From the NCBI GenBank assembly GCA_040954595.2, contig CM082596.2:7332468-7396467 (forward strand): a stretch of 64,000 nucleotides of DNA. Direction: 5' to 3'. The number at the start of each line of letters is the position of its first letter. The first letter of the stretch is position 1. Below the pieces are notes generated by a model that saw nothing but the letters and a program-made list of their open reading frames with translations, did no database searches and was not told the origin of the DNA. A program made the translations under genes and the position numbers. Positions 39,166-52,576 of the stretch are shown here, in pieces. The stretch comes from Balanoglossus misakiensis (lineage: Eukaryota; Animalia; Hemichordata).

Positions 39166-42100
39166 TAAAGCATTGGTTTAAACATCTCAATAGACAACAT
39201 CCCACTTTAAATTTGCCAAAGTGAACAATGCACAGTATGGGTCAATAATTTCCTGCACAAAACAAAAAATCATCACGATAACAAAAAGATCCCCATGTTG
39301 GCATTGTCACCTAAACACATCAAACAAAGACAGTGATCAAACCTGCGAAATTAAACTCATGTACAGTAAAATTGTTGGTAGTAGAATCACAATGAAACTC
39401 TACACCAAATCATATTTTATACATGCATGGAAACACATCTCCCGACCACAAACTGAGCTTTTTTTATCAGTATATCAACCCACAGCTCAATTTGATATTT
39501 TGAAGAACCCTCTCAATAATCCCAGCAAAATCATAATCTTGCCTGATTAACTATAAAAACATGCAAAAAATATTATAAAACACCCCATTTTTTAATCAGG
39601 ATTAACTTCATGTGGAAACGTCTTCACTTTTCATCATGATGCAGTAAAATTTCCAAAATGCTAGCAATCTGTACGTAAAGATTATGATAGTATACAGTAA
39701 ACACAAAATTCATTCTAAGTGGCTCTGATGCAGAATCCGAAAACCCTGCTGGAAGCTGAGATATTAAACTGGTGAAGGTTGGAATGGAGGCCTGTGTTTG
39801 CTCTGTGCATATCATTGACCTGAGTATTAATGGTCATTGTGGATCGCAGTCGATTCCCCACCAAGGCGACAGACGGTTACGTAACACACAGCCAATCTCT
39901 CTCGTCCCTCGTGTGCGATTCGACGCCTCTTAAAAGATACGCTACACAAAGTAGCTCGCATAAACCCACATAAATAAACCCCAGAAAACCAATTTTTTCC
40001 TAAATATATGACGTTTTTTTCAATAAACAGTGTCCATTTCCAGGTTAGTGATCTATAAACAAGTCTGCCCACCATATTTCAAATTCAAATGAGAAACGTG
40101 ATTACACATATAGATTTGCACGTTAATTTGACCTGATGCATATCAATTACACAGTAGCAGTCTGGCTGAAAGGAGCCTAATATTGCATCATGTTCGCCTT
40201 CTCGGAACCAGAATGCTGCCGAACTACCTTTCGTAGATCTTGCCAGTCTCTGATCAACGTCGAAATCTATATTCACCCAGACAAAACTGAACTCTACGTG
40301 CGCTCTCAAATGGTGCCATAAATCACGTATCACCACAGCGCCATAAAATAATTGTACTTGTACAACCCAGCTTATAAAACCAGGGTTACAGAAGCAATAA
40401 AAGCAACAGCAGAACTTTTTAAATTATTTTCTTTCCTGCTAAAATTTGTTTTTTGTACATAAAAAGTAAACATTTATACATACCACGGTAGGTACTGTTC
40501 AGACTTAATCTTATTTGTGCTGTAGTTCATTTAAATGTACTTAGGGACTGGTTAGTTTTTCTTTGGAAGCAACTAAAAATTGAAATATACATGTAATCTT
40601 AGGGAGAGAAATACATAAAAGTTGTTTTTAATTAATTTAAAAAGATTTTAGGTTATCTATCTTGGATAATCAAAAGAACATTTCTTTGTCAGATGGTGAT
40701 CAATGCTTCTGTGGATGTAGATTTTCAACAAGGGTTCACGCAAAGAGTACGATTTGAGCGATTCACATTTCGACTGTTTCAACGACAATAGTACAATGGC
40801 AAAGGTTGGGTTTTTGTTTTGCTTAATGGCCATGGAACAGCTGCCCTTACCTCCGAATAATAAAAAAAGACATTAAACTTCATTGGACTTTGCTAATGAA
40901 GTTTATATATATAACTGGAAACTGTTTTCAAAAACAAATCATTATTAGAAGGACCTGGCCATGGCTGAATAATTCTTTTGGGGAAAAAAGACAAGTTCAT
41001 GTCCACACTTGATCATTTGCGTTTTTTTTAAAAGTCAATGCCTGATCCACAGTTGACTCACACAGGAAACTGTATGTGCCTGAATTTTGATCTCGCATTT
41101 TCTGTGACAAAATTTCACTTAACGCCGGTCAACTGCAATTCTAACATATTTAATAATGGTGGTAACGCAGTAGCTGTTGTGGTTAAGAGGCCTGTGGTTG
41201 AAAATGACGGTCGCTGTTATATAACACTTAGTGTAGATAACTGTCCCCCTTATAATTTCTATCTGCATGTAAATGTATTAATATTAAAAATGTATATATT
41301 CAAACTGTTAAATTATAGACGGAGTGTGCCAGTAAATAGAATAATAAACATGAATTGTCCATCAGTCTGAACCGGGTTTGGGCATCGATCATCTTGCGCG
41401 AAGTTCCTTTTTATTTACGGCTTGAAATTACCAAATAATCTGTTTACTACTCTTAATACTGGACGTTTTTAATTACTTCTACTGTTGTTTATTTTCACTT
41501 TGTTTCAAACTCACCCAGAAAGGTGCAATGAGGGGAGGGGGGGGCACATTGGGTGGGGGACACTCAAAACACCTAGGGGGGTCACGGCTTCTTTTTACGG
41601 ATCATTTGTCAGACACAACAGCCACAGACACTGGAAACAATACTTTAATCTGTTTGACTTGTATAATGGGGACTCAGTTGGTTATATAACCTGTGTAACC
41701 ATCTGCTGAGTGTTCTCAGTTGTGGAAAGCCCCAGTGTGGATAGTACAATAGCACAAAGACATGCACAACCGCTGGGATGTACATATAACTGTCACTACT
41801 TTCAATAGAGGTGTCCTGGCTGTGCATACATTATGCATGGCAAACAAACAATATATTTTCAAGTTCAGGTCAGTTTTCGCACATACAGCAGAGTCTAAAT
41901 TGATCATGCTAAGTGAGTTGGATTTGAACAAATCGATTAAAACACACAAAGAGTAAAATTACAAGTTCCACATTCTCCCAATGTTTCCGAATCCTCCTTC
42001 ATTCTGGGATAAACCATCACTCTTTTGATTAAAGCAACAGCCATCTGAAATCTTTTGTTTGCCTCGTAAATCGCATGTCCATTTCATAGTGACCACATGG

Positions 42101-43185
42101 AGTGCATCAGCTTGATCAGTCAGGGTCAAGAGCTGATCATTTTTCAGGAAAACAAATAATAATAATATTAATTGGCTGTCTAGAGACTTCTTATTCTACA
42201 TCAATTTTTAAAGCCGTCTACCCACAGGTTTTCGTATGACATTTTCTGACAATAGCAAGATAACTTTCCCAGCAATAAAAATTGCCTGTTTCATCACAAT
42301 TATCCCAAAATATCAAACTTGGATTATTTGTCATAAAGGATCTCGAAAAAAGACCGTTTTTTATGGTAAATTTGATATCAATCATGTTAAAAGAAACTAC
42401 CAAACACCTCTGTAAACTGATCAATTTTCTCGTCACATATTACCCAGTCTAGACAGGTTTAGCACAGGTACACTACCCGCTGTCAGTTGGAATCATTTTA
42501 AAATATGTCGAAGGAGAGATGTTTGCGACATATCAAAAATGTTCATTTTTTTTCTGAGAAACTATCATTTCAAAATTGACACAAACCACGAGTACAATGT
42601 TTGGCAGCGGCCATTTTGAATATTGAGTGTCAGTAACAGTTTGGTTTCCAATCGAAAAATGTACATGTGGCTCTCAAATTTCTTCTGTTTTTGGTTTTAA
42701 TGTAGAATGACGCAAACTGTGTTAAAGAAAACGGACAGGTACGAACAAAACTTGGGTATCGAAGTTTTACAGGGAAGGACCGCATTTAATCTATTTACCA
42801 ATAACAGACCAGGTTGATGAGGTCAACACACACAAGATAAACATCTAACACATTATTTGCTCTGTGCCAACCAGCAATTTCTGTGTTACATAACTTTACC
42901 AAAGACACTCCCTGGGACATGTTTGCTTGAACAATTTGCATATAACTGCTATACAACAGGCAGCCCACTGACAAGTCTGGTCTCCTGACAACACAACTGT
43001 TTGCATTTCCAACCAGATTAGAGATTTGTCAGATAGTGCTAAGACAATAGCAGTGGCATCCACTTGCCCAGATAGAGGGTCATGCTATTGATTGGATCAG
43101 TTTATTCAACTCTGGTGACCTGCAGTGGTCTGACAAGGTCACTCCCACCTGAAGGTGCACTGGGAAAATTAGGCCTGGCTGCATA

Positions 43186-43272
43186 CTGTAAAACAGGCTA
43201 TTTTCGCGAGCAATACATTTTCACGAAATACGTGAGAGCCAAAAAAACATGATAATAAAAAGTCACGTAAAA
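43186..43272. mobile_element. Left half of CTGTAAAA MITE, ending at a LINE fragment
   Basis: TA|CTGTAAAACAGGCTATTTTCGCGAGCAAT...GAGAGCCAAAA...AAAAGTCACGTAAA, then abrupt switch to LINE sequence. Confidence 0.7.
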
Positions 43273-43490
43273 TGGCGGCCATGCTTTCTCTTATGCAGCC
43301 CCTAAACTGTGGAACACACTACCTCTGAATCTATAAACCTGAGAACATTCAAAAGAAAACTAAAAACTTATATGTTCAAAGAAGTGTACAGTGTGGTTTA
43401 AATATGAGCGTCATTGGGCAAAATTTCTTGTTTTGGATTTTGGCGATATGTAAACTTTTTGTTGATTGATTGATTAATTGATTGATTGAT
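43273..43490 (+). mobile_element. 5'-truncated L2/CR1-type LINE 3' end with (GATT)n tail
   Basis: Degenerate GGHAFSYAAPKLWNTLPLNL and (shifted frame) FKRKLKTYMFKEVY match the AFS.AAP.LWN.LP...FK..LKT.LF end of L2-type ORF2, followed by a short 3' UTR and ttgattgattgat tail. Confidence 0.78.
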
Positions 43491-45247
43491 AGCAGATGAT
43501 TAATTTATACGGTAATTAGATAGGGCCCTGGGGTGTGTCGTGCACAACCCATAGTGCTTCGCTTTGCATGTTCCCAGGGTCTGACGAGTGATGATTATAC
43601 AATGTCGGAATTACCCACAATTCTGCATGGACGTACATCACAGTGCAACTTTCTCCCTTCACACATTTCTTAGTCTTGTACAGCTATTATTAATCACTTT
43701 GCAAAGATCAACTTGAACTTTATGTCACAGTTCGCGCCACACCCGTTTATTCAGCCACCCACTGCATGTGTATGCACAGCACATATGGGTATTAGAATCT
43801 CCATATATTCAAAACGGTTTTGTCTGTCCACTATAAAGGATAAGGAGCAGATTGAAGAATTTTATCGATTAAAATATGAAAAGTGGTAACTATAGGGGTT
43901 TAATTTAATTCTTTCTGATTATAAGATGCAAACATACACTATTATAAATCTGAAACTTACTGATCCTTGTATCATTGACTTTGTGTACAGGTCAAAAATA
44001 TACTGCATTTTTCACTTTACACATGTTCTACATTCTGACCTTTTATGAAATGTAATTGAAGATGTTTTAATGACTGTTCTGAAGAATAATTTCGGAGATG
44101 TTTTATCCCGTCCGCACAGTATGTTTGCTATGGTTTCCATGAAGCCATAAACTAGTAGAAGGGCACAGACCAAATGAGAGTTTCTATTGAGACTGGCGCG
44201 GGTCAATTACCACCTATACTTGAAACCAACAATTTCATATTTTAATATGATTATCTACTTCACCGACTTGACCAGGATCTATTGAAGTGGGGGAAGAAAT
44301 CTCTTCAGTGTGCCCTCTTAAAAGGCATGACTTTTTTTGAAAGCTCTGAGAATTTCTTTGTGTAAACCCTGTACCCTTTCAATACATGTAATATGGATAA
44401 TTTTTTCATAACCAGTGAGCTTGTTGAGTCAGCGCCGGTGTCATATTGGCTTAGAGGCACACTGCAGCTCTGCATAAATAATCGCACACAATTAATCAAA
44501 AAATTGCAATGTTTTTTCAGCCCTGATGACAAAAGTTTTGAGATCTAGAGGTACATTATATAACTACAATGTAAGGTTTGTTCCTAAATTCATAATTAAT
44601 TGTAAACGTTCATGAATTACCAGAGCAACAAAAGCATAACTGAAACCACTGGGTGTTCTACCTCCCTGTGTGTTTGTTTGTTTGTTTGTTAGTCTATATC
44701 ATGCATCAATAAACAGCTGATTTTTGTTTGTTTATCAACAAAGAGCCAAATTTGCTTGTTTGTTAGTTTGTTTATTTACAATATTTTACAAATTTATATT
44801 TGATCAATTTTCTGAAGCAAAGCTCAGTATATGAACCATTACATAAGAAACAAATAAATAAACACAAAACACACACATGTATACAAATAAACAAACAAGC
44901 AAAGAAACAAGGGAACAGAGCTGAAATCGAAACAGCAAGACGTCCGGAAACCAGTTTAACCCTTTCATCCCCCATTTCCACGTTTAGTGATCCAGCTTTG
45001 CTATTTGAAAACATGGATGTGGGCCAAACCATGGTGGTGAACAGGTACATTTGTCAGAAACAGAAAATTGGATTCATGTACCGAACACGAACTTGCAGCC
45101 GACACCACTTCAGGGATGACGATCGATGACCGCATAAAAATCACAAACAGATACACGTGAACAAGTCCTTCACCATCAATAACAACCCCCGCAGTGTTAC
45201 GAGCAGGGTCTATCTGTCAGAAGAACAATGTACAAAAGCATGACATA

Positions 45248-45454
45248 CTGAAAAATGGGAAATTTTCGCGACAGGAAATATTCGTGATATCAACAGAGAG
45301 GACTATTCAACGACGATTAATTTTCACGTTCGCTTTATCTCTGAATACCATTCTATTTTACGCATTGTTCTTTCACCACTATTTATTATCGCGTTTTCTT
45401 GGCTCTCGAAGTTCGCGAAAAATATATCGTTTGCGAAAATTTCCCGTTTTACAG
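45248..45454. mobile_element. Related TA-flanked MITE subfamily
   Basis: TA|CTGAAAAATGGGAAATTTTCGCGA...GCGAAAATTTCCCGTTTTACAG|TA. Confidence 0.75.
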
Positions 45455-47569
45455 TATTTTCCAAAGGCACACTGTCACATAGGGCTCAACAGGTGCATTA
45501 AGATAGAAGATATTCCAAATATAGGTGAATGACATGCCAAGGATGACGATGACATTACAGTTCGTGTATCATACGTAAGGGTTCAAATGTTGACGCACGC
45601 TTGCGTGTGTACGTTCACAGGGCAATGACCAGACGTAACAGGTTCATGGAGGTACATCATTCTGTAAATGACCTTACGGGATGAGTCAATTTCATGTACC
45701 TCGGGTGAACAAACTAGACAAATACACACACACACACGCCCACGTCATGCTTACGTAATACAAACTATTGTTGTGTTGCGACTATAGGCAGCTTTTGGGT
45801 CATCATTCTCAAGAAGTGACCTCGCTCTAAGTCTAAGCTTATTACGGGAAAAATCTCCTTTTCTTTATTTAGATTACTTTTGGTTATTTTTGTTCGATTT
45901 GATGTGAGTTAATGTTATTATACTGTTATACACCTACAGCCTACTGCTGTAACATATGGTAGTGAATTGTACAATACATTTGCACTCACTATACTTTATA
46001 GTCACCCTTGCAAGAGTAGAATCCCCCCCCCCCACACAAATATTCTGGCAAAGGGGGACAACCCCCCTGCCCCCTGTTGATACCATCGTGGATGAAAACG
46101 AGTTCAGAATTCCATACAATTCCAGTTCATAGCTCTGCTTCTTTTTAATAACAGGGCACCGTCCCTCAAAGTTCCCAATAGTTAAAACACAAGGCTTGTG
46201 ATACGAGTTTGATGATAATGTTGAAATCTCTTGGACTTATTAAATCATCTTCATGCCTTCCTTTTGCAATCACCCTCACACTTGGACAGATGCATGCAGC
46301 CAGAACGTGACACTATAAAGGTTTCTGAAATCATCGTAATTAAAATCTACCAACTATCCGTCACTTGTAAATTGGTTTCACGTCCTTGTGCAAGTTACCA
46401 TTTCTAACAAACAAGATTCAGTCTAAATTACCCGGTACAGTCGATTAGTACCTGGATTTCAATGTCGTCCCACCCTCAGGCAAAGATCAAAATGAAATAC
46501 ATGTACAAATTTCTGGTGTTGCACGTGACACTGCCTGGGGTAGCCTGCAATCATACGAGATGGGTTGTGCATGCACGTGCCCTAGAGGGGGAACAACCAA
46601 CTCCAGAAGATTGACTGGATTACCATTATTATGGTTGAGACATCCACTGCCCCTGTGGTAGGCCTGAGACTGGTTCAAACATACTGTCTGATGTTTTCAT
46701 AACAACCAAATTCGATCTGGCGAGACTCTCTCCATTATACTTTTCAAAACACAGCCTCAGGAATTGTGTAATTTTCCAAGTCATCAAATCACTCGAATTA
46801 TGCTCCTTGAAAAATATGAATAACGCTAGAGTATCCATTTTCTTTGGGGGAAAAATAAGGGCTTATTATGAGGGATTGAAATTGACTTTAATTACAAATG
46901 GATCATCCAATTTCATCACAAATCCCCTTTCCATGTTTTAGTGGCAAGGCATGGCTTCCCAAACCACTGGATATGGCATGGCTTTAAAGCAATAGAAATA
47001 TAATTTGCCACGCTTTCCTTGTACATGTGTGTACCTCCCTGGGCTAAAACCCATGCACTTCCAAACTGCCATCTCACCACTAAGTTACGAACCTAATCCC
47101 AAACAAAACCACTCAGCCATGCTTCTAACCCTAAAAAGTTAATTTATAATTCTGAATCCAACCCGATGACATAATGCGTGTAAATGAGTCCTTCATGCAT
47201 GATGTACAAATATACCTAGGTCCACAATTTTACGATACGATGAAACCCAGCCAATTAAGCCATAATGTCATACTCATAGATTTAACTATGAGAAAAAGAT
47301 AAAATGTTATGCCCGTTAATCAAACAATAATACCTCAACGTATTTGTAATACGGTAGCTCAAATGTCAATTATGAGGTAGTTCACAGACTCACATTTTAA
47401 TAAATTTCAGATTACTATTTAACCCGAATAATGAAAACCTTTCACAAGTTTGCCAAATTACTTTTCCCACAGGAGCCAATAACACTTGACAAAGACAGCT
47501 ATTCTAAAATGCAGTATGCTAAATTCAAGGTCAGAGTGCCTTCATTGAATGTTTTGCAGTAACTATAGA

Positions 47570-47582
47570 GCGCCCTCTAGTG
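47570..47582. promoter_or_regulatory. CTCF-like motif GCGCCCTCTAGTG
   Basis: Close match to the CTCF core GCGCCCTCTAGTGG. Motif match only. Confidence 0.45.
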
Positions 47583-48618
47583 ACAGAATACTGACATATA
47601 CCAGGATTCATTGTTTGGGGGCATGGTCTTCATTCATTCTATTAATACCAAATATATTGCAATAAGCATTACATAATCAGTTTCAATATTAATGTCATGT
47701 CATCACCGTGGTTTGGTTCAAACCCATTGTCTTCTACTGTAAACCGGGACCTCTATAAAGTATAAACAGAACTAGGGGTAAAGAGTTGAGGGCATTTCAT
47801 TTTGAGGGGGGGGGGGGAATCATACAGGTACTGATACCAGTCCTCAGTAAACACACAACTTACAATATGGGCTACAGTACCAGTTTTACTAGTAATAGAT
47901 TTTTAAACCTTAGAGGAAACACTGAGACCATTTTGCTTGAGGAAGCTCACTTTTCTGTCAGCCAGCATGCTGTTATCTGAACAGTATATGGTCACCTATG
48001 CAAATTTAACTACAGTTACCACGACAATTTGAGATCTAGCCAATGAGAAATTTTCACGGGGCATGCGGGGTGCATGGCCATGTTAAGAAGAAACAACGCC
48101 ACCAAAAATTCTTTAAGAAGGCCCAGATATGCCTTTGAAACTGTTTATGGGGAAAAGTAAATTAGGGCCAGGTAATTGGATAGCAAGCTAGTAGTCACTG
48201 TCAATATTGCTCATACTCTTCAAGAAGAAGTATTTGGCATATGTTTCGGCAATCATGTTTTAATTCAGGGATACAAAACATGCTGAAATAGCTAACTATT
48301 CAACCTGGCCTCTGTAACCATGGTAACATATTCAACTTTATTTATACTAATTACTTACTAGTAGTAGTGGTAGTACATCTAGAGGAAAACTTCGATTTCC
48401 TTCAAAGTTTTACTATCTGAAAAAATAATTTGGCATTTGCTTTAGGCGTGTAATTTTAACATTTGGAGACCCTGTCTCAATTATAGGATGCTCTGTCTTA
48501 AACCTTTCAAAGTTTCGACCCCCCCCCCCCCCCCCCCTCATCTCTCCGATCCCACTAAGCCGTCCGCTAACGGGATATGCAAAACAAACGAGTGTACTGA
48601 TGGAACAACTGAACTCAC

Positions 48619-48655
48619 CTCCAATTGCAAATCGTCTGCTGGTGTCCCAAACCAT
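48619..48655 (-). CDS. THR: Candidate distal first coding exon of the TR gene (MVWDTSRRFAIG)
   Basis: ATG in strong context (ATCATGG) just after an in-frame TGA; consensus donor GAG|GTGAGT; phase 1 fits the 14792 acceptor (would give 387 aa). Lies at the edge of a CpG-rich zone. No homology or transcript evidence. Confidence 0.5.
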
Positions 48656-51600
48656 GATATCCCGTCAGCAACTTCGGAAAAAGTCGCGGCATCAAAGACA
48701 AATTTGAAGTTCATCGCTGTGTCGTGTTGACATCACCAAGTTGATGACGCGGAGCTTTCGCGGATCAAGCGAAACTAGCGCAAGGGATGGATCGGCCGGC
48801 CGACTAAAAATTTCCTCACCATTTTGCGGATTTAGTTTAAAGAACAAAACCCAATTCATGATAGTTTCCAGAGATAATCTCACGTTTGAATCTGTACACG
48901 CCCTCGAATCAGAATGCACCTACACGTACAAACGGTGGCCATTTCCGATGTAAAATGTATCAATTTCGCCGCGAAAAAGATTGTTCATTAATTCTCACCT
49001 CAATATAAACCTCAACATTTACGTTTCAGTTTTGCACATTCATTCCCATTTTGTGCACATTTCACTTATATTCGTTCATTGTTCGTATAACTGTATTTGA
49101 ACAATTTGTTATTTATTTCCGAAGATGCAAGAAAACAAAGTAAACGTCGATAGTTCACTTTATAGTGTTAGGTGGCGCTCTCCCATCAATTGAGCTAGCT
49201 GGCTGCAGCTGGAGCTCCAGCTGTAGTCAACTCTTGCCGTCTTGGATTGATATATTTAAATGTCATTTGTTCTCTACAGTGAATGAAGAGCAATGACTCA
49301 AAACACCGGACAGACTTGCGGCTCTCTTGCCGTTGAAAATTCATAGACTCAACAAAGACGAGTGGACTTTTCGCGCAGCTACGATCAAAAACTGACCCAG
49401 CTGATATCGACATGGGTCGCGGATGTCGCGCTGATGTGTTTACGAATTCAAAGTTTTCGGATAGCGACACGGCGTAGCAACGAGAACGAAAATATAGTTC
49501 AGAAATTACACGCATGTGACCTAGTTTTGGCGACTGCATTCGGCGTTGGGGGCTCGAGACAAACAAAACTGCACGTGTGTGTTGGGGGAATATTGTTCAG
49601 CCATTCAATATAAAGGCCTCCGAAGTTTTTAGCTAGTAAAAATGTGAAGAAACTTACCATGCAAGCTTGTGTCAGGTCCATAAGGTCCACAACGTTCCGG
49701 TAACTGTATACTAGTATTTATGGGCGAATAACGTTGACACACATGGTGACTACTGACTAGGCTAGATATATCCTACGCCCTCCCTCAAAATATCTAGAAC
49801 GCACAACATCTTTTACCACAGTATAACTTGGGACTTTCCAGTAGAAGTTGGGCAGGCATGCATCCACGATCCAGAGATATTAACCAAATTCCTAATTTGT
49901 CCTCGGTACACTTGAATCTAGGACCGTCACACACAAAACGGACCGTCATGGTTGTTGTTCGATATCCCACAGGTGATAAACAACAAAATGTGTCGACTGC
50001 TGCTGTCAGCAGACGACACGTACTGCATGCAAATTTTAACCCCAAAGGTCATTTGATTGCGCCCTCTACCAACAAAACTGCAAATTTTCGGGTGCGTTAT
50101 AATTAGGTCGGTAAACGTTCGAATAATAGTTAATATCATTAGTATGGTGTGGCTGTTGATTAAAAAAAATTAAACCATCTTGTAGAATTTCTCCGTGAGC
50201 ATTAAAAGCTGCTATGTTTGCGAAGACGTTGTCATTGGCGACCATCGCGTAGGCACACGCGCCGCCATGTTGAGAGAACGTGATGAAAATAATATCGCTT
50301 TTCGACGATGGAAGCATGATATCTCGAGCCCCGCAGACACACGTACACATATGTTATATTGTTGGCCGGCTTAAAAGAAACAGACACCCACTGTTTATAA
50401 TTGTCTCACATGATTTTATTTACAACAAGACTGATGATGAACGGATGAAATTGACAGTAGGGCCTACGTCAATTCCAGCCAACTTACAAAGTTGTGGGTC
50501 CGTCTCCAGAAAGAAAGAAAATGAAAATGACCGATGACCCCGATATTGAAGATAAGTCACACCTGGCGCTTTCTTCATTTATAATTTCGTATTAAATTTC
50601 TAAACCCACGATATATTGTAATCTACATGTAGTTTCTCCGCAGCAAGACTTAAATTTACAGAAATGAAAACTTTACTCATATAATGTCTTTTTTTTTAAG
50701 AAACTGACACTGAAAAATTATTTTTAAAAGCTGCCCAGAGTCACTTCTTGAGATGATATTTAGAAGTATCCATGGCATTGTACCATATCTTGTTTTTGTT
50801 TCTCATCGTGAACCTGAGAAATGAGATTTATGACATCGACTAGTCGCAGGAAGCAAAAATAAAAACAAAATCCTGTCATCCATAGAGCAACATAAGTATA
50901 TGACTCTGTAGTACTACTAGACACAGAAACATAAACTGTATACGTGTAAATGTTCTGGTGGGCCTGTCCACGCATAAACAGTTACTGTGATTGTACTTAA
51001 TATGGCTGCCGAGGGCTCTGTCTGGTAAAATGGTAGTCCCTTCTCTCTTTGGATCAAAAACTGGTTGGTTTGACGACAAGAAACAAAATACACATGTATG
51101 TTTTTTTCTTATGCAGTGCATAAAAAACAACTCCAGTGCAAGACAAGACCTTTATATTGCATGCATGTAGAATTTGTACAAATTAATTTCGAGGTATTCC
51201 GCAAACCTCAAGATTATTGCTATCTTTTTTTTGTCTCCAAAGAACGAACTTAACGACCGGCGAAATGGTCTGTTCTTCGGGATTTTAAGCATTATTCACA
51301 TGCATTTCTGAATATATTTATCACGACCCTGAAAAGGTCGTTACGGCATGAAACAAAAAAAATTTGAAATATGCTAACGACACTCAAACCATGACGAAAC
51401 TTGAGAATTAACATTATAAGAAAAAACAAGCTGGGGGTATGGGATGAGTTCAGAACGTACACTTGGACAAACCGTTGTGTAATTAAATACAGAGATACGC
51501 AAATGACCTAGACTTTACCGAAGGAAATACCGATATAAAATAGTAAACTACAAATATTGTAACTGAAGGTCTATTTAAAAAAACACCTGCGAACCACTTT

Positions 51601-52294
51601 GTGCGAATTTAGATTTTAGTATTACATTGCTACTTCTACAATTAAGTGTATGGTGGGCAGTAAAGCGCCCTCATGTGGCGCTAGGACGCAAATAAAGTCT
51701 CAAAAGTATGAAAAAAAACGTACTGGGTTCAGTAAGATTATGGGGGAGATACTTAAATAGGTAAGCTTAAGTCAGCACTGGAAAAGTGCAATACTTTCCA
51801 TCTAGCTAAAAGCAACAAAACTTTTTTTTCCGTTCATCTGTTAAAACGAAGATTTGACGTGCGCTTGCGCACTAAGTAACCATCTGATAAGACCTGGAGA
51901 GGGTTCAGTTCCCGTATGTAAGGCACAGAACTTTTCGGCCATATCCGCATGCCCGCCTGAACAGTGACGTCAATAGCTACGACACAGTGGTTCCGGGCGC
52001 AGTCAGTTAGTTTAGGTCCAAGATTCACATTTATCTCGATCCGTCTGGTGATTGAAACAAAACCGATTCATTCAGTTTGCGAATCACGAAAATATCAGCA
52101 ACCAAAGCGCAAGCGCGATTCACACTATCCAATGTTCCGCCCTCTACTGTGATTAGGCTATAGATTTCGCGTAGTCCCCGCCGGTTCACCTGGAACCAGA
52201 CGTCAAAATACCATGTCACAGTTAGCACAGCGCCACCGTTGGCGATAAGGTATTCTATTTGGTCTTTCGTTTTATTTGCGTCCATGGAGCACAC

Positions 52295-52415
52295 TCAACA
52301 GGTAGCACTGCACGGCGAACTCCTCGCCTGCAATTGTCTCTGTTTTAATCTCGCCATATGAGTTAAAGCCATGGCAGCATTGATCTCCTTCCAGTATGTC
52401 TCGTCTGTCCGTTTA
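52295..52415 (-). CDS. MKX: Mohawk last coding exon with conserved motif 3
   Basis: KRTDETYWKEINAAMALTHMARLKQRQLQARSSPCSATC*, like vertebrate DDTYWKEINAAMALTNLA; tttacAG acceptor; TGA at 52297-52295; minus-strand AATAAA at 52271-52276. Confidence 0.92.
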
Positions 52416-52527
52416 CTGTAAACAAAGCAAACAAAATATGCCTTATTAAATGGAGTCAATAACACACAACATGAGTGACAGTGTTGTCCCGCAAATGTTC
52501 GAACTCACGAAGAAGAACCAAACCTAC

Positions 52528-52576
52528 CTGTTCCAGTGAATATTGACGTCAGGAAATGTAAATTCTCCCGTGAAAT
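52528..52576 (-). CDS. MKX: Mohawk short frame-bridging exon (DFTGEFTFPDVNIHWNS)
   Basis: Good acceptor (ttcattttcatgcttttcAG) and donor (CAG|GTAGGT); 49 bp with no stop converts phase 1 to the phase 2 needed by the last exon. Confidence 0.75.
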
